Shown here one piece after another: positions 9,696-21,807 of a DNA stretch of 35,795 nt. Position 1 is the stretch's first letter. Every line of letters starts with the position of its first letter. The DNA lies in sequence record DRR378314_441; one strand, 5' to 3'. The notes under the pieces were generated by a model, which had not been told where the DNA came from, searched no databases, and saw nothing but the letters and a program-made list of their open reading frames with translations. The translations under genes and the position numbers were made by a program.

Positions 9696-9953
9696 ATGGC
9701 ACATAAAAAAGCAGCTGGTAGTACTCGTAACGGTCGCGATTCAGAAAGCAAACGCCTAGGTGTTAAGCGTTTTGGTGGCGAATCAGTTCTAGCGGGTAGC
9801 ATCATTGTACGTCAACGTGGAACTCGTTTTCACGCTGGCTCAAACGTAGGTATCGGTAAAGACCACACTATCTTCGCAAAAGCAGATGGTAAAGTTCAGT
9901 TTGAACAAAAAGGTCCTTTAAACCGTAAATACGTAAGCATCGTATCTGAGTAA
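9696..9953 (+). CDS. rpmA: 50S ribosomal protein L27
   Basis: [24 protein letters not shown]. Confidence 0.98.
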   Translation: MAHKKAAGSTRNGRDSESKRLGVKRFGGESVLAGSIIVRQRGTRFHAGSNVGIGKDHTIFAKADGKVQFEQKGPLNRKYVSIVSE

Positions 9954-9968
9954 TCAGAGCCGGTTCTT

Positions 9969-9996
9969 AAAAAACCCCGCCTTTGCGGGGTTTTTT
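9969..9996 (+). terminator. Rho-independent terminator after rpmA
   Basis: AAAAAACCCCGC-CTTT-GCGGGGTTTTTT. Confidence 0.9.
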
Positions 9997-10014
9997 GTTT
10001 TAAGCTCATCAAAC

Positions 10015-10069
10015 TATATACCCAAGTGTTTTTATGCAGAGTGTGCTCAATAGGCCACTTAGGTATATA
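10015..10069. repeat. Short inverted-repeat element with TATACC...GGTATA termini (ERIC-like/MITE remnant)
   Basis: TATATACCCAAGTG ... CACTTAGGTATATA, 13/14 inverted match. Confidence 0.55.
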
Positions 10070-10101
10070 ATAGAGTTATTAACAAGCCAATCCTAAAGTG
10101 A

Positions 10102-11262
<1,161 letters not shown>

Positions 11263-11277
11263 TACATAATAAATTTT

Positions 11278-11301
11278 AAAAGGAGCTTACGCTCCTTTTT
11301 T
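11278..11301 (+). terminator. Terminator after obgE
   Basis: AAAAGGAGC-TTAC-GCTCCTTTTTT. Confidence 0.85.
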
Positions 11302-11332
11302 CTTGGATAGTAAAAAAGCATTAGGTGGTTTT

Positions 11333-11824
11333 GTGAAAATTTCAATGATTGCAGCAATGGCTAATAATCGTGTTATTGGTAATGACAATAAAATGCCATG
11401 GCATTTACCTGCTGACTTACAGCACTTTAAACGTGTGACGATGAGTAAGCCGGTGATCATGGGGCGAAAAACATTCGAGTCAATTGGGCGCCCACTTCCT
11501 GGAAGGCAAAATATCATCATTAGCCGTAATGAAGCGTATAGTGCACCTGGTATTGAGGTAGTGACATCACCAGATGAGGCATTAGCATTAGTTACAAATA
11601 CTGATGAGGTTATGATTATTGGTGGTGGAAATATTTACCAGCAATTTTTAGAGAAAGCGACTACACTTTATTTAACGTTTATTGAGCTGGATGTAGCTGG
11701 CGACACTCAATTTCCCGATTATGAAAAAGTAGCCAATTGGCAGGTTGTTGAAGAGCAAGTAAACGCACCCGATGATAAGAATTTACATCAGTATAAATTC
11801 GTAACTTTAGATAAAGTTGAGTAA
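11333..11824 (+). CDS. folA: Dihydrofolate reductase
   Basis: ISMIAAM..NRVIG..N.MPWHLPADL, MGRKT, RPLPGR, IIGGG, GDTQFP; GTG start with AGGTGG SD. Confidence 0.95.
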   Translation: MKISMIAAMANNRVIGNDNKMPWHLPADLQHFKRVTMSKPVIMGRKTFESIGRPLPGRQNIIISRNEAYSAPGIEVVTSPDEALALVTNTDEVMIIGGGNIYQQFLEKATTLYLTFIELDVAGDTQFPDYEKVANWQVVEEQVNAPDDKNLHQYKFVTLDKVE

Positions 11825-11903
11825 CATTATTGCGATTAATCTTATAGATTGGTACAATATTAAGCAATCGATATAGGTAAAAAGTATTACTTAAGGGTCT
11901 TTC

Positions 11904-12281
11904 ATGGTTAAATTATCAACATTACTAGTTGTTACTGCGGTGGTTTCTGGGTCTTTTGCTTTTAGTGCACCAGCTAAAGCCAATGATCAGTTAGCTGTGT
12001 CTATTTGTGAGTATATAGCTGCAGATGATAAAAATCGCCTTCGTAGCAAGTTAAAAAGCTCTCGTGTGAAAATTCGTAACGTATACGATGCAATCCAATG
12101 TAATGGAAATAACTTAGTACGTCATGCAATTGCGAGCAATGCAGTTGATGCTGGTGAGTTTGTTGTAAAGAACCTTTCTAAAAGCTCTTTAGCAGATGGC
12201 GCGGATATAGCGTGGGCTGAATCTAATGGCCATGGCGGTTCAGCGCTCATCGCAGCAATTAAAGACCGTGCTGGCTTATAA
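11904..12281 (+). CDS. Exported small protein, DUF3718-like
   Basis: Signal peptide (…APAKA); ICEYIAADDK.RLR.KLK, I.CNG..L pattern as recalled for DUF3718 proteins. Confidence 0.7.
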   Translation: MVKLSTLLVVTAVVSGSFAFSAPAKANDQLAVSICEYIAADDKNRLRSKLKSSRVKIRNVYDAIQCNGNNLVRHAIASNAVDAGEFVVKNLSKSSLADGADIAWAESNGHGGSALIAAIKDRAGL

Positions 12282-12301
12282 TAACCTTATAGGTTACTAG
12301 T

Positions 12302-12328
12302 AAAAACCGCGTTTATCGCGGTTTTTTT
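12302..12328 (+). terminator. Rho-independent terminator
   Basis: AAAAACCGCG-TTTAT-CGCGGTTTTTTT. Confidence 0.9.
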
Positions 12329-12511
12329 GTGTCTATTACTTATATACTTTAATCTATTTATATAACTTTGAGTGAAATCTTTTAAGGATCTAGCCCATTG
12401 ATTACATGCTGGCTAGTTAGTAGGTCATGAGTACTATTCTTTTTCTGCATCTATATTTTAATCTAACGTTACGCTAAAGTGGGATATGTATAGAGTAAGG
12501 GAAGGCTATAA

Positions 12512-12883
12512 ATGCTTAATCGATTAAAGGGATGTGCTACCAAGGGGCTGTGGCAGTCATTAGCAATTTTAATTGTAATGTTTACTGCTGGGCCAGAGAT
12601 AGTAATTAGTATGGAACTAATGGCCTTAGTAGAGATAATGGGTGCTTCCAGTTTTGTATTAATGTATTTTTCGGGGCTAAGATTAGCATGTAAAAACACG
12701 GCTAACAGACTCAGCAAGTTTGAATGCTACTCTCTCTTCTTTATTCCAAGCTTTGCGAACCTAAAGCAAATGCCAGGGCTTTTATACCACACCATTCCAC
12801 ACCGGCTTTGCGCCATCAGTTTTTTAACCTTAATAACAGCTGTAGTGTTACTTAGCTATTTTCAACTATTTTATGCTGTGTAA
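12512..12883 (+). CDS. Hypothetical membrane protein
   Basis: 123-aa ORF with purine-rich SD (GGGAAGG), about 3 hydrophobic segments, followed by a terminator. Confidence 0.6.
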   Translation: MLNRLKGCATKGLWQSLAILIVMFTAGPEIVISMELMALVEIMGASSFVLMYFSGLRLACKNTANRLSKFECYSLFFIPSFANLKQMPGLLYHTIPHRLCAISFLTLITAVVLLSYFQLFYAV

Positions 12884-12893
12884 ATTAGTTATT

Positions 12894-12928
12894 AAAAAGC
12901 CGCATTTGATTTCTCAAATGCGGCTTTT
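12894..12928. terminator. Bidirectional terminator
   Basis: AAAAAGCCGCATTTGA-TTTC-TCAAATGCGGCTTTT. Confidence 0.85.
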
Positions 12929-12946
12929 AACAATTTTATTTAACGA

Positions 12947-12993
12947 GGGTCTGTTGATCTTTGCAAATTTAACCTTGCAAGGTTAACAAACCC
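12947..12993. repeat. Miniature inverted-repeat element remnant
   Basis: GGGTCTGTTGATCTTTGC ... GCAAGGTTAACAAACCC imperfect terminal IRs; internal perfect palindrome TTAACCTTGCAAGGTTAA. Confidence 0.5.
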
Positions 12994-13000
12994 GAGTAAA

Positions 13001-15016
13001 TTACACTTTAAATTCATCAACAGATAAACGTAGCTCTTCAGCTAGTTTAGCAACTTCTGAACTTGATATATTCGTTTGATTCGCACCCTCAGCAGTTTGT
13101 TCTGCAATAGCAACAATCGATTCAAGTCGCTCACTAATTTCTTGAGATACTTGTTGTTGCTCCTGTGCTGCTGTTGAAATCTCTTCACTGACATCATGGG
13201 CTTGTGCCACTGCTGCAGTAATTGAGTCTAGGGCTGTATTTGCTAAATCAGATTGCTCAACACATGACTCAGCTTGTTGCTTGCCTTTAGACATTGCAGA
13301 AACAGCAGCCTCAGCACCGCTTTGTAACGACTCAATCATAGCTTGAATCTCTTGAGTCGACTCTTGTGTCTTGCTAGCAAGAGAGCGTACCTCATCAGCT
13401 ACAACGGCAAAGCCACGACCTTGCTCACCTGCACGAGCAGCCTCTATAGCAGCATTAAGTGCGAGTAAGTTGGTTTGATCAGCAATCCCACGTATAACAT
13501 CAAGAATACTACCAATTGATGCACTGTCTTGGTGAAGCTTATTAATAACTTGCGAAGCATCGTCTACCTCGCGTGCAAGCTGTTCGATTGTTGCTTTGTT
13601 TTGGCTTGAAATACCTTTGACGCGGTCAGCTTCTTTATCTGCATTTTTTATTTCTTTAAGTGCTTGTTGAGCACTGCTGCTTACAGTTTGAGATGTACTA
13701 CTCATTTCGGTAGTTGCAGTTGCAGCCTGTTCAACCTGCGCTTGTTGATTACGAATTGCTTGGCTAGATTCGCCAGTAATCGCTGATGTTTCTTCTGAAG
13801 CTGCTGCAAGCTGAGTTGAACGCGAAATAATACCTCTGATCAAGCTTCTCAAGCTGTCAATAAGCGTGTTACAGCTGCGAGATAGTTCACCAAACTCATC
13901 CTGTGCTGAATCGTCAAGGCGTTGCGTCATATCGCCGCTCGCTACAATATCAAGTACACGGTTAACTTCCGCCAATGGTTTGGTGATACGGCTAACCGTA
14001 ATATACGCAACAATAATAGCAAGTAGGGTGGCGCTTATCATACCTACCCATGTCCATAAATTTGCTGAGGTTACATCACTACTAACGCCTTTTTGCAATT
14101 CAAAAGCAACGTTACTCGCTTGACTCACTAATTCATTAAGTTGTTTAAGCGCCTTCGTTGTTGCTGTTTCAGCATCTGCCAGCTCAGATTTAGTCAGTGC
14201 TATTGTATCAATTAAGCGCTTTTTGTTAGCCGATAAGCTGTTATTACCTTTTACATTATCTTTAATTGATACAAAGTAATTATTTAAATCATCAAACAGG
14301 TCTGGGTCATTTGCTTCAACCGCAGGCTTTAGTAGGTTAATACTTCTTTCGATTTCTTCAAGGAAGTAGATTTGTTCATTTTTTACTATATCAAGCGTAT
14401 TTTGTGTTTTTACCGTGAGCATATCCGTGCTGGTTGTTACTAAAGATAAAAAGTTGTTCTCAAGCATATTTGCAGCTTGATATGCACGAGAGTCACTTTC
14501 TTCAAGGCCATCAATATCAATGATATCTAGCACAACAGAGTTGGCATCCTCAGCCGCTAGTTCAATAGTTTCCAACTGCATTTTCAGCTCTTTATTAAGC
14601 CTTAGTTCAGATGCTTTATCGTTTAATAAGCTCTCGACTGATGCGATAAACCCATTGTAGGTTAACTCTACATCACGACTGCTTTGACTTAGTTGGGCAT
14701 TGTTAGCAACCACTTGCTTGAGTTGAGACTGAGAACGGTCGAATCGTACTTTACGCTCTTGTAGCGATTTTTTTATTGGTTCCAACTCTGCGGTAGATGT
14801 AGTGTAAAAACTAGCCTGTGCAGCCTTACTCATAAGGATGAACTCAACCTGGAGCTCTGAGCTTTCTTCTAAAGCAGGCAAAGATAACTGGTTGACCTGT
14901 TGCGCAGAGTTATTAATGTTTGCAATTCTGAACAGAGAGTTCCCACCAATTAAGAGAAGCAATAAGGTGATACAGATAAATCCACCCCAGATGCGTTGGC
15001 TAACAGTTAAGTTCAT
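13001..15016 (-). CDS. Methyl-accepting chemotaxis protein with a large helical periplasmic domain
   Basis: Two TMs, HAMP (ITKPL...QDEFGEL), signalling signature [34 protein letters not shown]; start at 15016 or 15028. Confidence 0.95.
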   Translation of the reverse strand: MNLTVSQRIWGGFICITLLLLLIGGNSLFRIANINNSAQQVNQLSLPALEESSELQVEFILMSKAAQASFYTTSTAELEPIKKSLQERKVRFDRSQSQLKQVVANNAQLSQSSRDVELTYNGFIASVESLLNDKASELRLNKELKMQLETIELAAEDANSVVLDIIDIDGLEESDSRAYQAANMLENNFLSLVTTSTDMLTVKTQNTLDIVKNEQIYFLEEIERSINLLKPAVEANDPDLFDDLNNYFVSIKDNVKGNNSLSANKKRLIDTIALTKSELADAETATTKALKQLNELVSQASNVAFELQKGVSSDVTSANLWTWVGMISATLLAIIVAYITVSRITKPLAEVNRVLDIVASGDMTQRLDDSAQDEFGELSRSCNTLIDSLRSLIRGIISRSTQLAAASEETSAITGESSQAIRNQQAQVEQAATATTEMSSTSQTVSSSAQQALKEIKNADKEADRVKGISSQNKATIEQLAREVDDASQVINKLHQDSASIGSILDVIRGIADQTNLLALNAAIEAARAGEQGRGFAVVADEVRSLASKTQESTQEIQAMIESLQSGAEAAVSAMSKGKQQAESCVEQSDLANTALDSITAAVAQAHDVSEEISTAAQEQQQVSQEISERLESIVAIAEQTAEGANQTNISSSEVAKLAEELRLSVDEFKV

Positions 15017-15048
15017 ATGAATTTCCATAAAAGAGTAATGATTAGACT

Positions 15049-15075
15049 TTATCGGCTTAATTGCAGATAAGTTAA
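15049..15075 (-). promoter_or_regulatory. Putative sigma28 (FliA) promoter of the MCP
   Basis: Minus strand TTAACTTA-N11-GCCGATAA; perfect -10, 5/8 -35. Confidence 0.65.
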
Positions 15076-15147
15076 GTAATTAAATTTAATTACTTTTAAC
15101 ATTTATTATACTAAATCTAACAGAGAATGGCTTTTTTTTCAGTTAAT

Positions 15148-15963
15148 TTAGATGAATTGATTAGAATTAACACTAAAGGATTGTTTATTTTTAAGTTCCA
15201 TTAGTGTCATTTCCCCACCCCAGACACAGCCTGTGTCTAGTGCATGTAAATTTGGTAAGGGGGTTTTCCCTTCAAGTGCGGCCCAATGACCAAAAACAAT
15301 ATCACAATTCAATGATTGAAAACGTGGATGAGAAAACCAGGGGACTATTGTGTTTTTGTCATCAATTGCGCCTTTGGATTTTAATTCTAACTGCCCATCT
15401 AGGGTTAAAAAGCGCATTCGTGTAAAGTAGTTAACAATAAAACGAAACCGTTCAATGTCTGTTAGTTGTTTACTCATGTGTGGCGGGTGTTGTGCGTACA
15501 TCCCCATTAAAAAAGAGTTTACTTCATCGCTTTGGTAGCATTGTGTGGCGAACTGAGCATGTTTAAGTGCTTTAGATATTGACCAGTCGGGGTTTAAACC
15601 AGCATGAGAAATGAACGTTTTGTATTTTTTTAACCATAGCGCGAGTGGTTGCTGACGTAAAAAATGAATATAGTGAGAAAGTTTCGGTGAGCTAAAAACA
15701 GCATCTAGGTTATCTTTAGGGTTAATAGGCTTGCCTAATAAGTAACATGCAATCATATGTAAATCATGATTACCTAATGTAATTGTCACGCTGTCTTGGT
15801 TTTTGTAAAGATACTCTAGGCAGGCAAGGGATTTTGGGCCCCTTGCTACAATATCGCCGACCAAGTATAGATGATCTTTAGCTGGGTTAAAGTTTACCAA
15901 CGTTAACAAAGCTTGAAATTCATCATAGCAGCCTTGTAGATCGCCTATAGCATAGTCAGCCAT
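15148..15963 (-). CDS. apaH: Symmetrical bis(5'-nucleosyl)-tetraphosphatase
   Basis: IGDLQGC, GDIVARGPKS, LGNHDLH, FGHWAAL, LDTGCVWG. Confidence 0.95.
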   Translation of the reverse strand: MADYAIGDLQGCYDEFQALLTLVNFNPAKDHLYLVGDIVARGPKSLACLEYLYKNQDSVTITLGNHDLHMIACYLLGKPINPKDNLDAVFSSPKLSHYIHFLRQQPLALWLKKYKTFISHAGLNPDWSISKALKHAQFATQCYQSDEVNSFLMGMYAQHPPHMSKQLTDIERFRFIVNYFTRMRFLTLDGQLELKSKGAIDDKNTIVPWFSHPRFQSLNCDIVFGHWAALEGKTPLPNLHALDTGCVWGGEMTLMELKNKQSFSVNSNQFI

Positions 15964-15968
15964 ATAGC

Positions 15969-16358
15969 TCAGTGCAGAATATTAGGTTGGGCTAATCTAA
16001 ACACATTGATTGGCGCATCAAATTCAGTGCCGAACTCATTCTTTAATGTGTAATAACCTTGCATGGTCCCGACAGGGGTTTCAATGACAGCACCACTGGT
16101 GTATTTGTAGCTTTCACCAGGAGCTATAGTTGGTTTTTCGCCAACCACACCTTCACCTTGGACTTCTATTTCTTTGCCGTTGGCGTCAGTTATCAACCAA
16201 TAGCGGCTTACTAATTTTGCACTGCATAAACTATGGTTTTTAATGGTTACCGAGTAGGCAAAAACGTATTTATCAAGCTCAGGTTGAGATTGTCCTTCGA
16301 CATAAAAAGTTTCAACTGTCACTTTTATGGGTGACCCCAAATTACTGCTTGTTGTCAT
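15969..16358 (-). CDS. apaG: ApaG protein
   Basis: [32 protein letters not shown]. Confidence 0.95.
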   Translation of the reverse strand: MTTSSNLGSPIKVTVETFYVEGQSQPELDKYVFAYSVTIKNHSLCSAKLVSRYWLITDANGKEIEVQGEGVVGEKPTIAPGESYKYTSGAVIETPVGTMQGYYTLKNEFGTEFDAPINVFRLAQPNILH

Positions 16359-17148
16359 AAATCCAGTTAGCTATATCAATAAATTGTTGTAATGAAAGGT
16401 TTTCAGCGCGAAGAGTGATATCAATGCCAATACTTGTCAGCTCATCGGCAGTTAATAAATTACCCAAGCTATTACGAAGCGTTTTTCGGCGTTGGTTAAA
16501 CGCTTCCAAGCATACAGTATTGAGTATTTTTACACTTTTAGCTGTGCGTTGTTCTGGTTTTTTCGGGATGAGACGAATTACTGCAGAGTCAACTTTTGGT
16601 GCAGGCTTAAAGCACTCAGGTGGCACCTCAACAACTGGCATTGCATTACAGTAATATTGTGTCATAACACTTAGACGACCAAATGTTTTACTGCCAGGGC
16701 CTGCAACCATGCGTTTTACGACTTCTTTTTGAAGCATAAAGTGCATATGTTCAACGTTGTCTGCAAATTCAAATAAATGAAACAGCAATGGTGTTGAAAT
16801 ATTGTAAGGCAGGTTGCCAAAGACTTTTAATTTTTTGTCGTCACGAACCAAGCTTGAAAAATCAAACTTCATCGCATCACCTTGATGCACGGTTAATTTA
16901 GGGCCCAAAAAAGGGTGCTCTGTTAAACGTTGTGCAAGGTCTTTATCGAGTTCTACAACAGTTAAGTGACCACTTAACTCGCTGACAGGTTCAGTGATAG
17001 CGCCCAAACCAGGGCCGATTTCAACAAGGTTGTCTTCAGGTTTCGGATCGATTGCAGTAACTATTTTATCGATGATTGATTCATCAAATAAAAAGTTTTG
17101 CCCAAAACGTTTACGGGCGCGGTGACCTAAGTGTACTTTATCTGTCAT
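16342..17148 (-). CDS. rsmA: 16S rRNA adenine dimethyltransferase
   Basis: [32 protein letters not shown]. Confidence 0.97.
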   Translation of the reverse strand: MTDKVHLGHRARKRFGQNFLFDESIIDKIVTAIDPKPEDNLVEIGPGLGAITEPVSELSGHLTVVELDKDLAQRLTEHPFLGPKLTVHQGDAMKFDFSSLVRDDKKLKVFGNLPYNISTPLLFHLFEFADNVEHMHFMLQKEVVKRMVAGPGSKTFGRLSVMTQYYCNAMPVVEVPPECFKPAPKVDSAVIRLIPKKPEQRTAKSVKILNTVCLEAFNQRRKTLRNSLGNLLTADELTSIGIDITLRAENLSLQQFIDIANWIYDNKQ

Positions 17149-18137
17149 TGATTCTGTGCTTTTTCATGGGCGAGCTTAATTGCTTCGCGGATCGCTAATT
17201 CAAAACTACCAACATCAGCATCACCTGTACCAGCTAAATCTAGCGCTGTACCGTGATCAACTGACGTGCGAATAAAAGGTAAACCTAAAGTAATATTCAC
17301 TGACTTACCAAATCCTTTGTATTTTAGCACAGGTAAGCCTTGATCGTGATACATTGCAAGCACGGCATCTGCTTGTGATAAATATTTATCTTGAAACAGT
17401 GTATCAGCAGGAAGAGGACCTATTAGGTTCATACCTTGGTTATTTAATAACTGTAGAGTCGGCGTGATTGTTTCAATCTCTTCGCGGCCTAAATGGCCAT
17501 CTTCACCTGCATGCGGGTTTAACCCACAGACTAAAATTCGTGGCTTTTCGATACCAAACTTTGTTGTTAGGTCGTGGTGCAAGATACCTGCAACTTTAGA
17601 TAACCGTTCGACAGTGATAGCGCGCGACACATAAGCAAGGGGAATGTGCGTGGTGACTAAAGCAACACGCAGGCCTTCTGTAGCCAACATCATGACAACA
17701 TCAGGGGTATTTGATTGCTGAGCAAAATACTCAGTATGGCCGCTAAATGAGATACCAGCTTTGTTAATAATACCTTTATGTACAGGGCCAGTTACAACAG
17801 CATCAAATGTCCCATCCATATTTTTTTCTGATGCTATACGCAAAGTATCAAGCACGTATTGGCCATTTAGATCATCAAGCACACCTAACTGAACTTCAGA
17901 TCCTAAATCGACTTGGTGTAAAAATACACTGCCGGCAGGGGCGAGTGATGCAGGTACTGATTCATCAAAGGGAATTAGATTAATGGTTAAGCCAAGTTGT
18001 TTCGCTCTCTGTTTCAGCATGTGACCATCAGCAATCACTACAAGCTGAGCTGGCCAATCATGTTGAGCTAGCTTAAGTAATAAATCAGGGCCGATCCCGG
18101 CGGGTTCGCCGGGGGTAATCGCAATACGTAAAGTCAT
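17145..18137 (-). CDS. pdxA: 4-hydroxythreonine-4-phosphate dehydrogenase
   Basis: [39 protein letters not shown]. Confidence 0.97.
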   Translation of the reverse strand: MTLRIAITPGEPAGIGPDLLLKLAQHDWPAQLVVIADGHMLKQRAKQLGLTINLIPFDESVPASLAPAGSVFLHQVDLGSEVQLGVLDDLNGQYVLDTLRIASEKNMDGTFDAVVTGPVHKGIINKAGISFSGHTEYFAQQSNTPDVVMMLATEGLRVALVTTHIPLAYVSRAITVERLSKVAGILHHDLTTKFGIEKPRILVCGLNPHAGEDGHLGREEIETITPTLQLLNNQGMNLIGPLPADTLFQDKYLSQADAVLAMYHDQGLPVLKYKGFGKSVNITLGLPFIRTSVDHGTALDLAGTGDADVGSFELAIREAIKLAHEKAQNQ

Positions 18138-18140
18138 TGG

Positions 18141-19436
18141 CTAGTCTTCAATTGGGAAAATATCAACATGGGCTTGTTCGCGCATTTCTTGCTGCCAGTT
18201 AAAGCTTTCTTCTTTAAATTTACGGTTAAATAACATGCCGTGAGCACGGTTGCGCTTAGCAAGTTCTGTCTTATCAGCTACGCGCTTATCTAGCAGCTGC
18301 ACTATATGCCAACCAAATGTAGTTCTAAATGGGTCACTAATTTCATTTTGATCAAGTGAAAGTAATGTATCTCTAAAAGCAGGAACGTATGTTGTTGGAT
18401 CTGTCCAATCGTACTCACCGCCTTTAAGTGCAGAGCCTGGATCTTCAGAATACTCTTTAGCTAACTCACCAAAGTCAGCCGTACCTTCACGTAATTCTTT
18501 GGCAAAACCATTAAGCATTGAGCGCGCTTTCTCTTCACTTAAAATAATTGATGGTTTGATTAATATATGACGTGAGCGAACTTCTGTTGTTTCAACAACC
18601 TGACGTCCACGGATATCTTGAACTTTAACAATGTGAAAACCTGCACCAGAGCGAAGAGGCCCAATGATTGCGTCTTTTTTAGTGCCTTTAACTGCTTCTG
18701 CAAACAAAGATGGCATTTCATTGATACTCATCCAACCTAGCTGGCCGCCTTCAAGCGCCTTTGAACCGCTTGATGAAGAGATAGCAATACGCTTAAATTC
18801 TTTACCGTCTTGTAAGAATTCAATGACTTTATCTGCACGTGTTTTTGCGCTGCTGATTTCATCGGCAGTAGCATTATTTGGAATATCAATTAAGATATGA
18901 CCAATATCAAACTCTTCAGTATTTTGACCTTGGCTTTCCATTATTTTTAATAAGTTATCTACTTCTTGCGGGCTTATGTAGATACGACGATCTACATTTG
19001 CACGCATTACTTGTTGTGTTGTAATCTCTTTGCGTATCTCTTCTCGATACGATTGAAAGCTTTCGCCTGATTCTTCAATCGTGCGGCGCAAATCAGCAAT
19101 AGAACCACCTTGCTCTTTTGCCATGCCAACTAATGTTTGATCAAGTTGACTATCTGAAATTTCAAGGCCCATACGCTCAGCAAGTTGCATCATAAGCGTT
19201 TGGTTAACTAAGCGCTCCATCGCTTGAATACGTAATGTTTCATCTGATGGAAGTTGCTGGCCTTGCTCTTTAGCCTGCATTTTGACTCGGTTAACAATGG
19301 TGTCTACTTCACTTTGTAAAATGACACCTTGATTAACAATGCCGACTACTTTGTCAATTTCTACGGGTGCTGCGATAACGTTCTGGCATAAACCAAAACC
19401 TAATAATGCTGATGCTAATAATTTTTTTAAATTCAT
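18141..19436 (-). CDS. surA: Periplasmic chaperone/PPIase SurA
   Basis: Signal peptide, two parvulin domains (HILI...GFHIV; RHILIK...FGWHIV); operon position. Confidence 0.95.
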   Translation of the reverse strand: MNLKKLLASALLGFGLCQNVIAAPVEIDKVVGIVNQGVILQSEVDTIVNRVKMQAKEQGQQLPSDETLRIQAMERLVNQTLMMQLAERMGLEISDSQLDQTLVGMAKEQGGSIADLRRTIEESGESFQSYREEIRKEITTQQVMRANVDRRIYISPQEVDNLLKIMESQGQNTEEFDIGHILIDIPNNATADEISSAKTRADKVIEFLQDGKEFKRIAISSSSGSKALEGGQLGWMSINEMPSLFAEAVKGTKKDAIIGPLRSGAGFHIVKVQDIRGRQVVETTEVRSRHILIKPSIILSEEKARSMLNGFAKELREGTADFGELAKEYSEDPGSALKGGEYDWTDPTTYVPAFRDTLLSLDQNEISDPFRTTFGWHIVQLLDKRVADKTELAKRNRAHGMLFNRKFKEESFNWQQEMREQAHVDIFPIED

Positions 19437-19460
19437 ACTTTTTCTAATACTCTGCTAATA

Positions 19461-21704
19461 CTAGTTATTAAGAAAATACGGTCTACGATAGCCAAAAATA
19501 CCTTGTTGTAATAATTTTTGTGCATCATAACGGCTTTTACTACCTAATCCTTTCAAGACAATATTAAATCCAATGCTTGAGTCAAATGTAGCTTGTTCTT
19601 GGCCTATCGACTGATTTAAATCAGTTTCGATTTGGCGACGGGCTGTGAGTTGAAAAGCCCAACAGCACGATTCATATTGCAATCCACTGAATATCTCAAT
19701 GCTACGTCCGGTATCAAGGTCGCGGTGGTAGCTATTCACAAATTGCCATTGTTCACTAATTGGGAAGCTAGTAAATAGGCCAACTTGTTCGATTGTATTG
19801 CCTGAGACATCATTTGCATAGCGATGGTTCAATTGGACTAACTGATTATTATCGCCTTTGTAGTCTAAAGTTACATTAGACTGAATAATTTGCTTACCAT
19901 CGGCGTCATATTGAACCCCACCTGATAAATACCAACGTCGGTGCCAATGTACCATGGTTTGTGCTGCAAACAAGGCATTATAGTTAGTATTAGGGTTAAT
20001 CCCTTGCGCCGAAGGTTTGGCTGAATCATTCAAATAAAATATTTGGCCGGCGCTGAAGTTGAATAACTCTTCATTACTCTCACTAAACAACCGAGTGGTT
20101 GCACCGAGCGTAAATTGATTGGCAGATGCAATACGGTCTACGCTCGAAAAACGTTTATCACGAAATAAACCAAAAAAGTCATCTTGGAGTTTTGTTGTAT
20201 CATATAGGCCGATATCGGATTGATCTTTATCTGGCGTGTACAGATATTGCATCTGGGGTTCAAGAGTTTGAATCCCATTCTTAACGAGAGAGGTGTCACG
20301 CTCAAAATTTAACTGACTATACAAGCGCACCTTAGGTAATGTTCTCGATACTGAATCGGCATAGTCACTGCCCGTTAAGTCACCTTCTTGCTTATAATTG
20401 GTGTGTAATAAACTAAATTCAGATAAGAATGACCATGCGTATTCTTGATAACCATAGCTCGCCTTTGGTTCTAGGTGAAGCCGGGTGGCTTTATCAATAA
20501 CTGCATCACTATTTGTGAAATGACTGATTTCGCCATCAAGCGTAAATTCAACGTTACTTAATTTATATGGTTCTGTTTGCGAAAAGCCAATTTGTGGCCA
20601 CGCAGCATAGGAATCAGAATGGTTACCTAGCACTTCAAAATTTTGCACTTTTATATCTGTGCGCCAACGCTCGCCTAAATAAGATAAAGACCCTGTACGA
20701 TATAGTTGAGTGTCAGTACGCGTTGCATAATCTGAACCTAAATCAGTCAAATAGTTATCATCGCTGACGTTTGTTATATCAATATTGGCGCGCCATTTGT
20801 CACCAAAATAGCTTTGTTGTTGCCAGTGAAATAAGAAACGCTCTTTTAGTTGTGGCTCCGAATCGTCCTTTTGTAAAAACTCCAGCCCTAACAAGCCGTT
20901 ACTATTTTCAGTTAAGTAACGGAATTCATTGATAAGCTGAACCCCTTTTTTAGACATGTAACGTGGTGTAATTGTGGCATCAAAATTAGGAGCAATATTC
21001 CAATAATAAGGGGTTATGGTTTCAACACCGTAGCGGTCTGAACTGGAAATATTAGGAGTTAACAACCCTGATTTACGGCGATCATCAATTGGGAAAGTAA
21101 AGTAGGGTAGATAAAGTACAGGCGTATCCATTATACGCAACACCATATCATGTGTTTCCCCCCAGCCACTTTCACTGGATAATAAAATCTCTTCGGCTTG
21201 AATTGCCCATAAAGGAGTGTCGTTTGGGCAGGTAGTAAAGCTTGCATTCAGTAAGTTTAAGCCAGACTGATTAATAGTTAGCTTCTCAGCGCCACCGTGA
21301 CCTTGTTGCTCTGTTAATTTGTAATCAGCACCAAGCAAACTAATCTCTGAGTTGTTTAAATCGGCATTGAGCCCTGCACTATTAACTTCACTAATTGCAT
21401 CGCGATAGATAATCGGTCCCGTAGCATTTAGTAAGCCACGTTGTTTGTCAATTAATGCACTTTGTGCGGACAAACTCATATTAAGGGTGTTAATATCAAC
21501 GTCGCCAGTAAATTCAGCGCTTTGTGTACCAAGCAGCTCTATATCATCTGAACGGATATCGACCATGCCAAGATCAAGGCCAATAAGCGGTTGCCAAGCA
21601 CTGGTTTGCATTGAATTGCCACAAAAGTTGTGTGTCAGTTCAGTTTCGGCAAGCGATGGTGCGCTCAGTACGCTTAGCATCATAATGCCCCAGGTTTTGC
21701 TCAT
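19461..21704 (-). CDS. lptD: LPS assembly outer membrane protein
   Basis: FTTCP, RKSGLL.P, PYYWNIAPNFD, VSDDNY, QTLEP, YESCCW; upstream of surA. Confidence 0.95.
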   Translation of the reverse strand: MSKTWGIMMLSVLSAPSLAETELTHNFCGNSMQTSAWQPLIGLDLGMVDIRSDDIELLGTQSAEFTGDVDINTLNMSLSAQSALIDKQRGLLNATGPIIYRDAISEVNSAGLNADLNNSEISLLGADYKLTEQQGHGGAEKLTINQSGLNLLNASFTTCPNDTPLWAIQAEEILLSSESGWGETHDMVLRIMDTPVLYLPYFTFPIDDRRKSGLLTPNISSSDRYGVETITPYYWNIAPNFDATITPRYMSKKGVQLINEFRYLTENSNGLLGLEFLQKDDSEPQLKERFLFHWQQQSYFGDKWRANIDITNVSDDNYLTDLGSDYATRTDTQLYRTGSLSYLGERWRTDIKVQNFEVLGNHSDSYAAWPQIGFSQTEPYKLSNVEFTLDGEISHFTNSDAVIDKATRLHLEPKASYGYQEYAWSFLSEFSLLHTNYKQEGDLTGSDYADSVSRTLPKVRLYSQLNFERDTSLVKNGIQTLEPQMQYLYTPDKDQSDIGLYDTTKLQDDFFGLFRDKRFSSVDRIASANQFTLGATTRLFSESNEELFNFSAGQIFYLNDSAKPSAQGINPNTNYNALFAAQTMVHWHRRWYLSGGVQYDADGKQIIQSNVTLDYKGDNNQLVQLNHRYANDVSGNTIEQVGLFTSFPISEQWQFVNSYHRDLDTGRSIEIFSGLQYESCCWAFQLTARRQIETDLNQSIGQEQATFDSSIGFNIVLKGLGSKSRYDAQKLLQQGIFGYRRPYFLNN

Positions 21705-21807
21705 TTAATAACCTTAATATGGTGTCTTTGAATACAGGACTGACATAATAAAGGAAATTAATGGCAAATACAGTATTTGACTTAGTGAAAAATAGATATC
21801 GTGTCCA

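Noticed and set aside
12469-12717. 82-aa minus-strand ORF
   Set aside because: Shadow of the longer + strand ORF, which has an SD and a terminator
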